From a virus (lineage: Duplodnaviria; Heunggongvirae; Uroviricota; Caudoviricetes), in the IMG/VR virus record IMGVR_UViG_3300033463_000024: a stretch of DNA of 64,000 nt. One strand, given 5' to 3'. The notes under the pieces were generated by a model. That model was not told the DNA's origin. It worked only from the letters and a program-made list of their open reading frames with translations, and did not search any database. Shown piece after piece: positions 37,842-47,708 of the stretch (position 1 is its first letter; every line of letters begins with the position of its first letter). Made by a program: the position numbers and the translations under genes.

Positions 37842-38249
37842 ATGAGCAAGGTTACTCGTGAGCAAATTACGCAAGCTGCACACAAAGCTTGTCAGGTAAA
37901 GCCGAAATACGGGGGTATTTACTCCGTACTATTTACGAATACATTTGATGAGATTCAGGAAGACTTGGAAGCTGCTGTAGAGGTAAACAAGTCTCTCCCG
38001 GACTGTATCACTTCTGTCAGCTGCAGAGCGACCGGCGAAGTGAATGGTATTTTCAAATTCAGTGGCAACTTTACGACGAAAGGTGGGAAGGAAGTCTATG
38101 TGTCAATCAAGGTAGACAGAAGTTCCGCCGAATTCGATATTCATCCGGACTACTGGTCTGAATTCCTCCGGTTATGTGCCGAGCGATTCAAGGATCCTCC
38201 ACCGGAACCAGCCGAAACATATGAAGACATAGTGCGGCGCGAAGGATAG
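37842..38249 (+). CDS. hypothetical protein (135 aa)
   Basis: AAGGAG SD; a terminator follows. Confidence 0.5.
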   Translation: MSKVTREQITQAAHKACQVKPKYGGIYSVLFTNTFDEIQEDLEAAVEVNKSLPDCITSVSCRATGEVNGIFKFSGNFTTKGGKEVYVSIKVDRSSAEFDIHPDYWSEFLRLCAERFKDPPPEPAETYEDIVRREG

Positions 38250-38267
38250 CCCGCCATCCAACAAAAA

Positions 38268-38304
38268 CAAAAAAGGGCTCCGAAAGGAGCCCTTTTCCGT
38301 GTTT
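38268..38304. terminator. bidirectional rho-independent terminator AAAAGGGCTCC-GAAA-GGAGCCCTTTT
   Basis: 11-bp perfect stem, GAAA tetraloop, flanking A/T runs, between convergent modules. Confidence 0.75.
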
Positions 38305-38316
38305 TGCAAAGGATTT

Positions 38317-38733
38317 CTATCCAATACGCATCATTCCCCAGTTGACCCTTGAATTCCGTATCATGAAATCATATCCCTTGGGACCAATTCTTTCCACCAA
38401 ATCGGTGTGACCCCATACCCTGGTCCAAAACAGCTTTCCGTCGGGTGACTGATTCACCAGGACTACCCTGACAGTATCGTCACACAATTCATACGGTTTT
38501 GTCTCGGTGAACAACAGCACAAACAGGTTACGCCCCGGTTCCCCGGATTTAATGGAGTACCCTGGCATGTAAACCACATTCACGCATGACCCTGGAAATG
38601 TATACGGGAGTTTACTTAATATCGTATGCGGACCCGGACAGTATTCCACTAGGTTGTCCTTTTCCACCCTGACGGTAATTCCTTCATATGGATTATACGG
38701 AAGTCCAAGCAGCTTCTTTAAGGCCGCAAACAT
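38317..38733 (-). CDS. hypothetical protein (138 aa)
   Basis: ORF. Confidence 0.5.
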   Translation of the reverse strand: MFAALKKLLGLPYNPYEGITVRVEKDNLVEYCPGPHTILSKLPYTFPGSCVNVVYMPGYSIKSGEPGRNLFVLLFTETKPYELCDDTVRVVLVNQSPDGKLFWTRVWGHTDLVERIGPKGYDFMIRNSRVNWGMMRIG

Positions 38734-39089
38734 ATAGGCTTCCCTCCGTCATCGTCACCCTTATCTCCGAGTGCAGTCGTTCCATCCCACACAGCCTTGC
38801 CGTTTAACGGGGTATCGCCGATTGCGGTATCAAGCGACTGGCATCCATACGTCGTAACCACGGGGAACTTGTATGGATTCGGTACGCTCGGGACATACGG
38901 TTGTAAAGGGTCCCTGGGCCGCAACGGCTGGTTAGGCTGTTCAGGAATCCGCTTCAGGAGATCCTTCCAGTCGTCAGGATAAGGCACCTTCTCGTCATTG
39001 GGGTCAATAAGGCCCTCCTTCACCATCTGCTTCAGTTCTTCTACGGTCAATTCAAGGTCAAAGCCATTCCATTTGAGCTTCATAATCAC
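38718..39089 (-). CDS. hypothetical Pro-rich protein (123 aa)
   Basis: ORF. Confidence 0.45.
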   Translation of the reverse strand: MIMKLKWNGFDLELTVEELKQMVKEGLIDPNDEKVPYPDDWKDLLKRIPEQPNQPLRPRDPLQPYVPSVPNPYKFPVVTTYGCQSLDTAIGDTPLNGKAVWDGTTALGDKGDDDGGKPICLRP

Positions 39090-39102
39090 CTCCTACCCAA
39101 AA

Positions 39103-39333
39103 TTACTTCCATCTGGGGTCATAAGGCATTCCGCATAGCCTCATGGTATCGTTCCAGGTCTTAAGCCACCACTCTCGGAACGTCAGCCGGTCATCAAATG
39201 CCCATAGGACAAGAATAGCCGGTATTCCAAATGCGATGAACAGCATTACAACCATCGGGAAATACAGTACATACTCAATCGCATAGAATATTGCCCTGAT
39301 GATGCCCCTCAATATTTGTGCAATAGTACCCAT
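39103..39333 (-). CDS. small membrane protein (76 aa)
   Basis: hydrophobic ORF. Confidence 0.45.
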   Translation of the reverse strand: MGTIAQILRGIIRAIFYAIEYVLYFPMVVMLFIAFGIPAILVLWAFDDRLTFREWWLKTWNDTMRLCGMPYDPRWK

Positions 39334-40136
39334 TACCCGTAGCTCCCGTAGAGCTTCATGACCTTCTCGCCATCAAACAGGACCGTTCCAATGTTCTCGG
39401 TGATATAATCATAGCCCTTGATGATGTTTTCACGATCGTTGCCAAGTGTTCCAAGAAGGCGATCCTTGTTGGCACGCAGAAATTCTTCGCATTTCTCTTT
39501 AGCACCGTCCGTCGTCATATCCTTGATGATATGATAAACCCGGTTATACCGGTCTTCCTTTTCCAAGATCGTGTCAATCATTTCAGTCAAAGTCAATGAA
39601 GGACCCAATTTATACCCCTTTGAACAAAACATGTAGTCATCATAGATGATTGCGGGTATAATCCTAGCAACCTTGTTTGTCAGCATGATTGCAGAAAACT
39701 TGATTCTATCAAGATAATACATATCATTGAAAGACACTTCAACAACCTTGCCATCCTTGCCAACCAGATTCTTCGCAAATCCGCCATTTTCAGGCAAAAC
39801 AATGCGAGTACACAAGTTCAATGACAATCCATACAGGATCATTGGATTTTGTAACTTCGTCGTCTTGTCGCCAAAATTAACTTCCGTGCCCGGTTCAAGG
39901 AATGCCCACTTTCCCACAACGTCATCAGCTATCGACTGCAGTCTCTTGCAGAATGGGACAAACTGTTTAGCAAGCTCAATCGAATCCGATTCATCGTCTA
40001 TTTTCTTCTGTATTCGCTCAAGATTATTACTCGCCTTGTCATACCATTCCGCATGGCTGGAATCATTCAGGTATTCGGTGTATTCAGTTTCGTTAGGGGG
40101 GTTAAATTTCTGCATTAGATACCCAATATGTTGCAA
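39333..40136 (-). CDS. hypothetical protein (267 aa)
   Basis: ORF. Confidence 0.5.
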   Translation of the reverse strand: MQHIGYLMQKFNPPNETEYTEYLNDSSHAEWYDKASNNLERIQKKIDDESDSIELAKQFVPFCKRLQSIADDVVGKWAFLEPGTEVNFGDKTTKLQNPMILYGLSLNLCTRIVLPENGGFAKNLVGKDGKVVEVSFNDMYYLDRIKFSAIMLTNKVARIIPAIIYDDYMFCSKGYKLGPSLTLTEMIDTILEKEDRYNRVYHIIKDMTTDGAKEKCEEFLRANKDRLLGTLGNDRENIIKGYDYITENIGTVLFDGEKVMKLYGSYG

Positions 40137-40762
40137 AGTTTCTTGATTGTGTCAATGTTGTCGCCCATCAGGATATGGTCTACGTCCTTGACGTACGATT
40201 CACGGTTCTCTTTCAGCATTTCTCTGAATTCTTCCACGCTCATCTTCCACCAGTCGTGTTCAGCGCCAATCTCTTTAAGCAGCGCATTGATAAAATTTTC
40301 CAACGCACATAAATCGCCGGCCTCAAACGAAGTCTTCGTATATACATCCGGTTTGGAGTCATAATCCGGCGCAAACCGGAACATGTATACAGAAACCTTG
40401 GTGCTCTTGAACCACTGTTTCGGAGTAAGCACCGTTTTTCCCTGCACATCCAGGATATCGAATTCTTCATCTTCGGTGCCTGTTGTCATCTTAAGCACCC
40501 GGAAGACGGTCGGGTGATTCCCGAGGCCGCTCTTCGTCGCATACCACTTTCCGAATAGGTGCTTACAGCCTTTCTTGGCAAGCTCAACAACCTTGTTGTA
40601 ATGACAATACTCCAATGAACAGCGACGATATTTCTCCTCTTCATCTTTGGCTTTCTCTTCAGCCTCTTTAAATTTCTTTTCATATGCCTCCAATTGGTCT
40701 GGAGACATAGCGCAGAACTTCTTGAACAAGTCCGCCTTGTGTTTCATTTCTTCATCTGTCAT
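40115..40762 (-). CDS. hypothetical protein (215 aa)
   Basis: ORF. Confidence 0.5.
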   Translation of the reverse strand: MTDEEMKHKADLFKKFCAMSPDQLEAYEKKFKEAEEKAKDEEEKYRRCSLEYCHYNKVVELAKKGCKHLFGKWYATKSGLGNHPTVFRVLKMTTGTEDEEFDILDVQGKTVLTPKQWFKSTKVSVYMFRFAPDYDSKPDVYTKTSFEAGDLCALENFINALLKEIGAEHDWWKMSVEEFREMLKENRESYVKDVDHILMGDNIDTIKKLCNILGI

Positions 40763-41502
40763 AAGTTAGGTTTCACTCCTCTAAATGTAAGTTCATTCCA
40801 TCGCGTTGTTAGCAAATCCCCATAGCATTTTTCCATACCCGCGTACATACCTATGCTAAAAGCGTCGTTCACCTCAACCAGGGCAGTCTCACCGGTGTCA
40901 AGCACGCCAACATCCAAGCAATATGCCCAAGGCGCCATTACATAATCATGAACCATCTTCTCCACTTCCGCAGTGTCCACTGTAATACTTTTGTCGCCAT
41001 CATACCAGAAATATCCCTGGATTTTCCCATGTATTACCGGTACGCGATATTCGGAAACCCAGCGAACCTGTTCGGAGCAGTACAGTTCAACATTGCCGCC
41101 GATGTTGCACAGGGGGGACAGGTCGTCGGCTGTACTGATAACACGGCCAGTAAACCGTTTCACCTTGCGCATGGGCTTGATGAACACCGGCACAATTTCG
41201 CCGTCGGCTTCAATCCTCCGGCGGAAATACTTCATGTTGCCGGACCATACGTTGCGGTGCAGGTATTTGACCAATTCTTCCGGGTAGTCGTCGTTTCGGT
41301 AGTTATCCACCCCGAGCTGTCTAAGCGCAGGGAGTGTAACCTGCAGGCCACCGGCCAAGAAGTCGCCCGGCAGCAGAATGATGCGCCGTTGCAGGATCTC
41401 CTTCGCGTGGAACGGTACGTAGTTACCCTCACCGAAATACTCGGCCAGTGCAGCCTCTTCCGGGGCGAATGTCGAATTGTCTTTCAGTTGCAGGTAGTTC
41501 AT
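40759..41502 (-). CDS. hypothetical protein with an ATP-grasp-like C-terminal motif (ETALVEVNDAFSIGMY)
   Basis: AGAGGA SD before ATG 41502; motif resemblance only. Confidence 0.45.
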   Translation of the reverse strand: MNYLQLKDNSTFAPEEAALAEYFGEGNYVPFHAKEILQRRIILLPGDFLAGGLQVTLPALRQLGVDNYRNDDYPEELVKYLHRNVWSGNMKYFRRRIEADGEIVPVFIKPMRKVKRFTGRVISTADDLSPLCNIGGNVELYCSEQVRWVSEYRVPVIHGKIQGYFWYDGDKSITVDTAEVEKMVHDYVMAPWAYCLDVGVLDTGETALVEVNDAFSIGMYAGMEKCYGDLLTTRWNELTFRGVKPNL

Positions 41503-41504
41503 AA

Positions 41505-41753
41505 TCAAAATGTCCTCTGGATAATCAACACGATACCCATAATTATGAGCAGGCTAATCATTGCAATGTTCAAATTACGGCTAAGCCGTTCAAACCGGCG
41601 TCTTGCATTTTCCTCATTGCGACGTTCCTCGGCAGTGATGCATCCGCGCACATACGCCGGATTCTTGATCGCTTCCTCCGGCGGAATGTAATGGGAAGTC
41701 TCGATTTCCCAGTAGTTGCCGTCCTTGTCGTGATATTCGCGCATGATTGTCAT
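41505..41753 (-). CDS. small protein with a C-terminal TM segment (82 aa)
   Basis: GAGGAAATT-ATG. Confidence 0.4.
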   Translation of the reverse strand: MTIMREYHDKDGNYWEIETSHYIPPEEAIKNPAYVRGCITAEERRNEENARRRFERLSRNLNIAMISLLIIMGIVLIIQRTF

Positions 41754-41760
41754 AATTTCC

Positions 41761-42339
41761 TCAGAAGTTAAAGGTTTCACCCAGCAAGTGCTGTTTCACA
41801 TCGTCCTCACCATCCATCTCGGCAATAAGCGGAAGCAAATTGTCATAGTGGGGACCCTTATAATTCAATGCCTCCGGGGAATCCATCCATAGGGGGAACG
41901 TATCGGTGTAATCCCGCCTAGTCAAAGAGTAATTACAGTCAAGCTGGTATGCCTTTCCGGTTATCCTGATATCGACGGGTCCATACCACGAAACGTCTTC
42001 GACAGCAACATACTCATCCAGTTTCCACGCATTGTCAAACCGTTCCATATGCAAAATCTTGGAAACCAGCAAATCTTTGAGAGAATCCACCAGTCGATGC
42101 CGGATATCGTCTTCCTTCGAGGCCAAGAAGTCCCGTCTTTCGTTCAATTCAGCAATTCTATCTCGGACCCCCGTGATAAGGTCATCGGGGAGTCTTGAAG
42201 TCACATTCTCGTCCCGCTTGACATCGTACATAAGCTTCTTTATCATCATGTACTTGCCAATCAAGCTGCGGATTGCGCGAAGTTCAGAGAATGTATCGAC
42301 GGTTTTCAGAAGGTCTTCTGGATATTCAATCTTTTTCAT
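41761..42339 (-). CDS. hypothetical protein (192 aa)
   Basis: ATG 5 nt after the promoter box. Confidence 0.5.
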   Translation of the reverse strand: MKKIEYPEDLLKTVDTFSELRAIRSLIGKYMMIKKLMYDVKRDENVTSRLPDDLITGVRDRIAELNERRDFLASKEDDIRHRLVDSLKDLLVSKILHMERFDNAWKLDEYVAVEDVSWYGPVDIRITGKAYQLDCNYSLTRRDYTDTFPLWMDSPEALNYKGPHYDNLLPLIAEMDGEDDVKQHLLGETFNF

Positions 42340-42342
42340 GCA

Positions 42343-42380
42343 ATAAATATAGCAAAAGAGCGCATTTTTTGCTACTTTTC
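42343..42380. promoter_or_regulatory. divergent promoter pair: minus AAATATAGCAAAAG and plus TTTTTTGCTACTTTTC
   Basis: variant consensus boxes facing genes 42339 (minus) and 42399 (plus). Confidence 0.5.
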
Positions 42381-42398
42381 AAATAAAAGGAATGTAAA

Positions 42399-42902
42399 AT
42401 GGAAGAAGTAACCCAAATTTCAGCAGTCCCAGTCAGTGGAATCTGGTGTGCATTCAAGTTGGCCCCCATGTCCCCGTTCTTTCCCATGTTCAACATCTCG
42501 GAGGCGAGGCACGGACAGAATCCGGTGACCATCCTGTCCACCGAGAAAGGGAAATTCAGCCAAAAAGGCGAAGTTTGCCGTAGAATAGGCCCTCTTGATA
42601 CAATCGATTCATGCAAACTTGAAGTAGACATTCCATACACCTACCGGATCAAGTTCAAACTTGAAGACGGCACACTCCAGACAGTCTACACCAACGACGA
42701 CGAGGCCGAATACCTTCTCCGACTCATGTCCTCCGTGGAAAATATCGAGAAGTATCGCTCGATGTGTCTTAATGGGCAGTGGGACCTGGCAATCCAAGAA
42801 CTCATGATTGACCACAAGGTGGACAATTCCTATGTCTCTTCAGCAGACAAGGCCAGCCTTGATAAGCTGGCCAAGTCAGTCGGGATTACACTAGGACCCT
42901 AG
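42399..42902 (+). CDS. hypothetical protein (167 aa)
   Basis: AAAAGGAA SD. Confidence 0.5.
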   Translation: MEEVTQISAVPVSGIWCAFKLAPMSPFFPMFNISEARHGQNPVTILSTEKGKFSQKGEVCRRIGPLDTIDSCKLEVDIPYTYRIKFKLEDGTLQTVYTNDDEAEYLLRLMSSVENIEKYRSMCLNGQWDLAIQELMIDHKVDNSYVSSADKASLDKLAKSVGITLGP

Positions 42903-43420
42903 CCGTTATAATTTTCAATCAGGCTTTTTAGTTTCAGAACCATTTCATCAATGGTTTTGAAGTTGTAGTCACAATATGAGAACAGGCCACCGCATAGAAG
43001 AATATTGAAATACCCATCTTTATAGTCGTCAAACATGGGACGCATCTTGCTTATCCACGCAGAAACATTCGGACATTGTTTTGTGGAAACATTAAACCCA
43101 TAGTCGTCTCGGATACGGTCATCTTTATCGCATTGCTTGAAATTTAATACAGTAAAATTCTTTTCCAGCATGTCCTTGATTTTTCCAAGCTCTTCAGGCG
43201 TAAATTCCACCTGCCGACACACCAGTTTAAAAGGTTCCTGTAGGACAAGGTACGCATCCAAATGTTCATCTGGAACCGAATTTATTTGAGCGATTACTTC
43301 ATCAAGCCGTTCAGAATCAAACTCATCCGGCTTATTCTTTACAAGATCTTTCAGTTCATCGATGGCACGTTCGCGAAGACTCTTACGCTTCGCTTCTTGT
43401 TTAACCGGCTTCTTGACCAT
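42899..43420 (-). CDS. hypothetical protein (173 aa)
   Basis: ORF. Confidence 0.5.
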   Translation of the reverse strand: MVKKPVKQEAKRKSLRERAIDELKDLVKNKPDEFDSERLDEVIAQINSVPDEHLDAYLVLQEPFKLVCRQVEFTPEELGKIKDMLEKNFTVLNFKQCDKDDRIRDDYGFNVSTKQCPNVSAWISKMRPMFDDYKDGYFNILLCGGLFSYCDYNFKTIDEMVLKLKSLIENYNG

Positions 43421-43820
43421 TGCATTCTTCCTTTTCTTTCAATATGCTAAAGTGTGCAACAATGCCAGTAAATCTGGCGTTTTCAGGAATCCCGTTGATA
43501 ACATGCATCATCTTGTCACCATCATCCCGTTCAAGGATATGATCACCAGCCTTAGTTCCCGGGCCTTCGTCACCGGTAGCCCGCCTGGCAATAAACGGTC
43601 CTTTCAGGTCTACATCGTATAACCCACCCTCAAAGAACTGGGGTTCAAACGATTCCTTAAAGATTATTGACTTTCCATCATTGGAGAGAACGACGGCATT
43701 AAGGTCGCCCCCTTCGCCAAATGCATTTTCAACACCAACATTAAGGAACCCATACCCATTCCGGACATAGCTTCCAAGGCAGTGATATAGCTGTTCAAGC
43801 GTCATATCTTGATGCCCCAC
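43401..43820 (-). CDS. hypothetical protein (139 aa)
   Basis: ORF. Confidence 0.45.
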   Translation of the reverse strand: MGHQDMTLEQLYHCLGSYVRNGYGFLNVGVENAFGEGGDLNAVVLSNDGKSIIFKESFEPQFFEGGLYDVDLKGPFIARRATGDEGPGTKAGDHILERDDGDKMMHVINGIPENARFTGIVAHFSILKEKEECNGQEAG

Positions 43821-44401
43821 ATTTCAGCGGCATTCTTCTTGATTGAACCGGTCGGATCGATTAGTTCGAATTCCGGTTCCAAGTCCTCCCATGTAACAAA
43901 GTACATTCTCGGAAGACCCGTAAGATAATGTTCACCTTCCGGCAAGTCCAGCTTCAACGGTTCCGGCCACATGCGGACCATATCATCACAGCACCTGTGT
44001 TTCGCATCCATCGTCTTAAGCTTGGTATCAAGCCCTCTTGTGTAAAACACGATAAGCGTATCATTTCCGGACGCAAATTCAACCCGGTCAATCATGTGAA
44101 ATACCGAGTCACCTGCACGGACAATCTTACCCCTATATGTTTCCATCAGGAGTTCAGCCAGTTCAGTCTTAACCTCACCGGTCTTTTTACGAAGCTGGGT
44201 TTCTTCATGCTGCAAAGCGCAAATTTCGGCCTTGATTGTTTCAAGTGCATTATGCTGATCATAATCAGTGCTGATGTCGAGAGCTTTTTCAAGCATTTGC
44301 TGGCATCCAACAAGATAACCCTTCTTCTTATGAATTACCTTGATACGCACCAGATGGTCAATCAAGTCACGGATTCTTTCTGAATAAACAATCTTTTCCA
44401 T
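43802..44401 (-). CDS. hypothetical protein (199 aa)
   Basis: ATG 4 nt after the promoter box. Confidence 0.5.
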   Translation of the reverse strand: MEKIVYSERIRDLIDHLVRIKVIHKKKGYLVGCQQMLEKALDISTDYDQHNALETIKAEICALQHEETQLRKKTGEVKTELAELLMETYRGKIVRAGDSVFHMIDRVEFASGNDTLIVFYTRGLDTKLKTMDAKHRCCDDMVRMWPEPLKLDLPEGEHYLTGLPRMYFVTWEDLEPEFELIDPTGSIKKNAAEMWGIKI

Positions 44402-44405
44402 ATAT

Positions 44406-44444
44406 CAAACCTAGCATTTATGCACGTGGCCGTCAACCGGCAAC
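44406..44444 (-). promoter_or_regulatory. conserved promoter GTTGCC...CATAAATGCTAGGTTTG (TAnnTTTG -7 box)
   Basis: consensus-like copy; leaderless arrangement. Confidence 0.55.
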
Positions 44445-44714
44445 TTCCTCAAAGCCGATTCCACCCACGCGCTTGCGCCATCCGCAACGGTCATTACCGG
44501 ATGTCACCTTCTTGGCATAGAGTGTATGGGTACTTTCCGGCTTCCCTGGATAGCAGACAACCAAGGCAAAATAATCACCATCAATCTGGACATCAATCAA
44601 GTCCAGTTCAGTACATCCACGGTTGGAACTGGCCATTTCCCAATAACGGGTATGGAACACACCATTTTCATCCCGGTTGGCATATACGGAATTCGCACAA
44701 TAAAACGCCTGCAT
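44433..44714 (-). CDS. hypothetical protein (93 aa)
   Basis: GAGG SD. Confidence 0.4.
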   Translation of the reverse strand: MQAFYCANSVYANRDENGVFHTRYWEMASSNRGCTELDLIDVQIDGDYFALVVCYPGKPESTHTLYAKKVTSGNDRCGWRKRVGGIGFEEVAG

Positions 44715-45040
44715 TATTCTACCTCGATGTATTTCGGTTTAATCTTCTTTCCCAGTTCAATAGCTTTCCTTTCGGCTTCCTTGTGTTCGGCAACAATTTT
44801 ACAATGTTCTTTGTAATATCCAATCATATCCTTTGCACGCTTAATCGTCTTGAAGCCAACCCGATTACTCGGGAACTCCCACACCAGAAAGAAATCATCG
44901 CACATGCTATGCAGGTGCTCTATACAATCGCAATATTCCTCATAAGAAAAACTGCTATAAAAGAACAGCCCCTTCATCTGCGGAACATACAGCGTCCTAT
45001 TGTATTTCGGGCTAAAAATTTCCTTAATTCGCCATTTCAT
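44714..45040 (-). CDS. hypothetical protein (108 aa)
   Basis: ORF. Confidence 0.45.
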   Translation of the reverse strand: MKWRIKEIFSPKYNRTLYVPQMKGLFFYSSFSYEEYCDCIEHLHSMCDDFFLVWEFPSNRVGFKTIKRAKDMIGYYKEHCKIVAEHKEAERKAIELGKKIKPKYIEVE

Positions 45041-45336
45041 CAGTTGATAACCTCCCCTTTAGGTTCGTCTTCATAAACATAATCCTCGGAATTCAATATC
45101 CAGACCTTGTAAATCCACTCTTTCAACTGGTCAAGGTCCATAGTGGTTCCGCTCTGCACCGCGCCGTTATATGCCAGAATGACACTGTACTTAACACAGT
45201 CTTCCACCGGAGGAAAAATTGCACACAGATCCTGGTTGTATTGCAGCTGCAATACCTCCATGTCATTAGCATCCTTGGTGATGTACGGGATGCCTATTTC
45301 ATCCAAGTATTTCTTTACTTCTGCACATTTTATCAT
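45040..45336 (-). CDS. hypothetical protein (98 aa)
   Basis: ORF. Confidence 0.45.
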   Translation of the reverse strand: MIKCAEVKKYLDEIGIPYITKDANDMEVLQLQYNQDLCAIFPPVEDCVKYSVILAYNGAVQSGTTMDLDQLKEWIYKVWILNSEDYVYEDEPKGEVIN

Positions 45337-45369
45337 ATCTCAACAAGCTCCATTTTGACTTCCAGAGGC

Positions 45370-45729
45370 TTAAAGTCCTGTGGATGGTCTTGGAATGACA
45401 ACCAGTTGATCAATTGGGCCAAATGGATAGATGTCTTCCCCACTTGCCTCGCTGAGGATAATAGCATCCTCCCGTAATTCTCGTAATTTAGCTTCTTTGC
45501 TTGCATCTCTTACCATTGCCTTCATGCATTTGAGCACTTTTCCTGATATTGGTTTGCTAGTCCTGGGGTCATAGGGATGTTTACCGGTCTTGCCGAAATT
45601 GCATACGCAATCTTCACAGTCGATTTCCGCATAATAATCACAACAGAAGTCTCGGCAATCCGTAGTATTTTGCCAATAACCCAAACATGGAAGGGACAGT
45701 AGTTCCCTAGCCTTCTTTTTTCGATCCAT
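45370..45729 (-). CDS. hypothetical Cys-rich protein (119 aa)
   Basis: ORF. Confidence 0.45.
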   Translation of the reverse strand: MDRKKKARELLSLPCLGYWQNTTDCRDFCCDYYAEIDCEDCVCNFGKTGKHPYDPRTSKPISGKVLKCMKAMVRDASKEAKLRELREDAIILSEASGEDIYPFGPIDQLVVIPRPSTGL

Positions 45730-46018
45730 TTGGTTTTACTCCGCACAATTTGAATACGCTTAGGATGAATGCTGCTACCTTCTTCAAGTCCTCAGTACGG
45801 GCGACTGTGCATCCTTCTCCCTCGGTATGGTTCTGAATCCACACGTCATACATCGGGCCCATATTTGTCTCGATAATGATATCGACATCATCGGTAACGC
45901 TCAGATGGAGACGGTTTGAGCCAACGCTCATACGGTTTCCATCAGCGTCGATAACTTCCTTGACACTGGTCGCCTGCAATATGGTCTTGACCAAGTCTTC
46001 TATCCTAGTATCCTTCAT
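45707..46018 (-). CDS. hypothetical protein (103 aa)
   Basis: ORF. Confidence 0.45.
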   Translation of the reverse strand: MKDTRIEDLVKTILQATSVKEVIDADGNRMSVGSNRLHLSVTDDVDIIIETNMGPMYDVWIQNHTEGEGCTVARTEDLKKVAAFILSVFKLCGVKPNGSKKEG

Positions 46019-46021
46019 GGT

Positions 46022-46603
46022 CTAATCCTTATACAGTTGATACTTCTTGCTCAACTTACGGCTAATTTCATCCGGGAGTGGCTTGAACCAGATGCCAACG
46101 CGGCACCGGCCCACACCATCCGCGTCGGTAAATTCCGGTGTCAGGTCGGTCTTGCAAACATCGTCGATATACCCATAGTCAATGAGCGGGACAAGACCAA
46201 GTTCCTTGGCGACCTCTTCCACCTTCATTAGATGGTTAAGGTTCTTTGCCTCACAGATTGTCTTCGTGAAGATATCATTGATGTAACCATCCCAGATTTC
46301 TTTCGGGATTTCAAACGCAATCGTCTTCGTAGGACGGGAGTTTTCCGCCTTGTATTGGAAGGTTTTCTCACCCCGTTCATGAGCAGCTTTCGCCGCAGCA
46401 TATACACCAGGATGACGATACAACATCCAATAATCGGGGTCGTCCGGGGTTTCTACTGGCAGTATATCGTATTCGTTGTCCTTGACGACACTCATATGCT
46501 TAAATACGTTTAGCCAGTAACATTCAGCACAGTGGCCAACCATGGCGGCAAGCTTGCCGGCATGAAGGTTCAAGTCCTTCCTGATTATAAAAAGTCTTCT
46601 CAT
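46022..46603 (-). CDS. Pth2-like protein (peptidyl-tRNA hydrolase PTH2 family N-terminal motif RRLFIIRKDLNLHAGKLAAMVGHCA)
   Basis: matches the conserved v.vvR.DL....GK.aAQ..H.a pattern of PTH2; the C-terminal half differs. Confidence 0.4.
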   Translation of the reverse strand: MRRLFIIRKDLNLHAGKLAAMVGHCAECYWLNVFKHMSVVKDNEYDILPVETPDDPDYWMLYRHPGVYAAAKAAHERGEKTFQYKAENSRPTKTIAFEIPKEIWDGYINDIFTKTICEAKNLNHLMKVEEVAKELGLVPLIDYGYIDDVCKTDLTPEFTDADGVGRCRVGIWFKPLPDEISRKLSKKYQLYKD

Positions 46604-46604
46604 A

Positions 46605-47708
46605 TTACTTACCCATTACATAATTGATTCGGTCAGTGGGAATCCATTTCTCGATCCATTCTTTGATATCCGGTGTGACCTGTTGGTGAAGCTTGTCTCG
46701 CCAGTGCCAGATAAACATCCGGGCTTGACTTTCCTTGTCCCACTTATACTCGACCATGGCATCGAGTAACCCGTACTTGTATAAGAGGACATCCTCGGCA
46801 AGCAGCCTGACAAACTGGATTTCATCCGGAAACTCATTGGCCGGAAAGTCATACTCCTCGGCAGTGTATGTCTTACCCTTGTACTCGAAGGCATCACGGA
46901 CCTCAGAAAAGTTAAGGTCGGGAAGCGCCTTACAGAAGTCACGGGCGTCTTTGTAAGCATCGATGAAACCTTGAGTAAACCGGCACTTGCCCCGTTTGCC
47001 CACAGTGTCATGAACCATGTAGTGACGTATTATGCCAAGCTGGTCTCGCCTGTCCTTGTAGGATGAAATATCAGGATAGGTGTCGTACGGGCGCAAGTCG
47101 GTCTTGAGCAGCGGTTCCTTTTTGAAGGCCTCCATTTTAGATTGCAGCTCCTTGGCGTACTGGACAAATTCGTCACAGAAACCATTGTCACCATATGCCT
47201 TGGCACTGCACTTGTAACAGATTCCCTTCCTGTGGAGTGGAATGTAGAACTCTATCGACATGTCGATTGTGCGAGACACCTTCTTGCCGTATCCGAGGTC
47301 ACGCTCGACCTTGATAATCGAGTAATGCGAATCCAGTTTGCACTTACCATCAGTCAGGTTAGGATGGTCTTCAAGAACCGACGCACGGAGCTTTTCGTAG
47401 GCAACCTGGAGATATCCATCCGGATACCACCCGTACTGGGCCGGAGAACTGTTCCCGGTGTTGAAGTCGGTCGAGACCACATGGAGCATCTGCATGCCCG
47501 TAATCCAATTTCTCAGGTATTCCCTGAGCACTTCCTGCCAATCCATGGCACGGAGACGTTCCATGATATCTTGGCCGCGCTTGGTAAGCATCTTCCCGCT
47601 TTCGTAATCGTGTAGGTCCAAAATCCTCGGGGAATAGTAGGCCGGATCCTCCGGCGTACGTGTCTCGAAAAATTCTCGACGCTGCGCTTCCTCGTTCTCG
47701 CTACTCAT
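46605..47708 (-). CDS. hypothetical protein (367 aa), first of three unknown genes translationally coupled downstream of the phosphoribosyltransferase
   Basis: ATGA-type overlaps along the operon. Confidence 0.55.
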   Translation of the reverse strand: MSSENEEAQRREFFETRTPEDPAYYSPRILDLHDYESGKMLTKRGQDIMERLRAMDWQEVLREYLRNWITGMQMLHVVSTDFNTGNSSPAQYGWYPDGYLQVAYEKLRASVLEDHPNLTDGKCKLDSHYSIIKVERDLGYGKKVSRTIDMSIEFYIPLHRKGICYKCSAKAYGDNGFCDEFVQYAKELQSKMEAFKKEPLLKTDLRPYDTYPDISSYKDRRDQLGIIRHYMVHDTVGKRGKCRFTQGFIDAYKDARDFCKALPDLNFSEVRDAFEYKGKTYTAEEYDFPANEFPDEIQFVRLLAEDVLLYKYGLLDAMVEYKWDKESQARMFIWHWRDKLHQQVTPDIKEWIEKWIPTDRINYVMGK

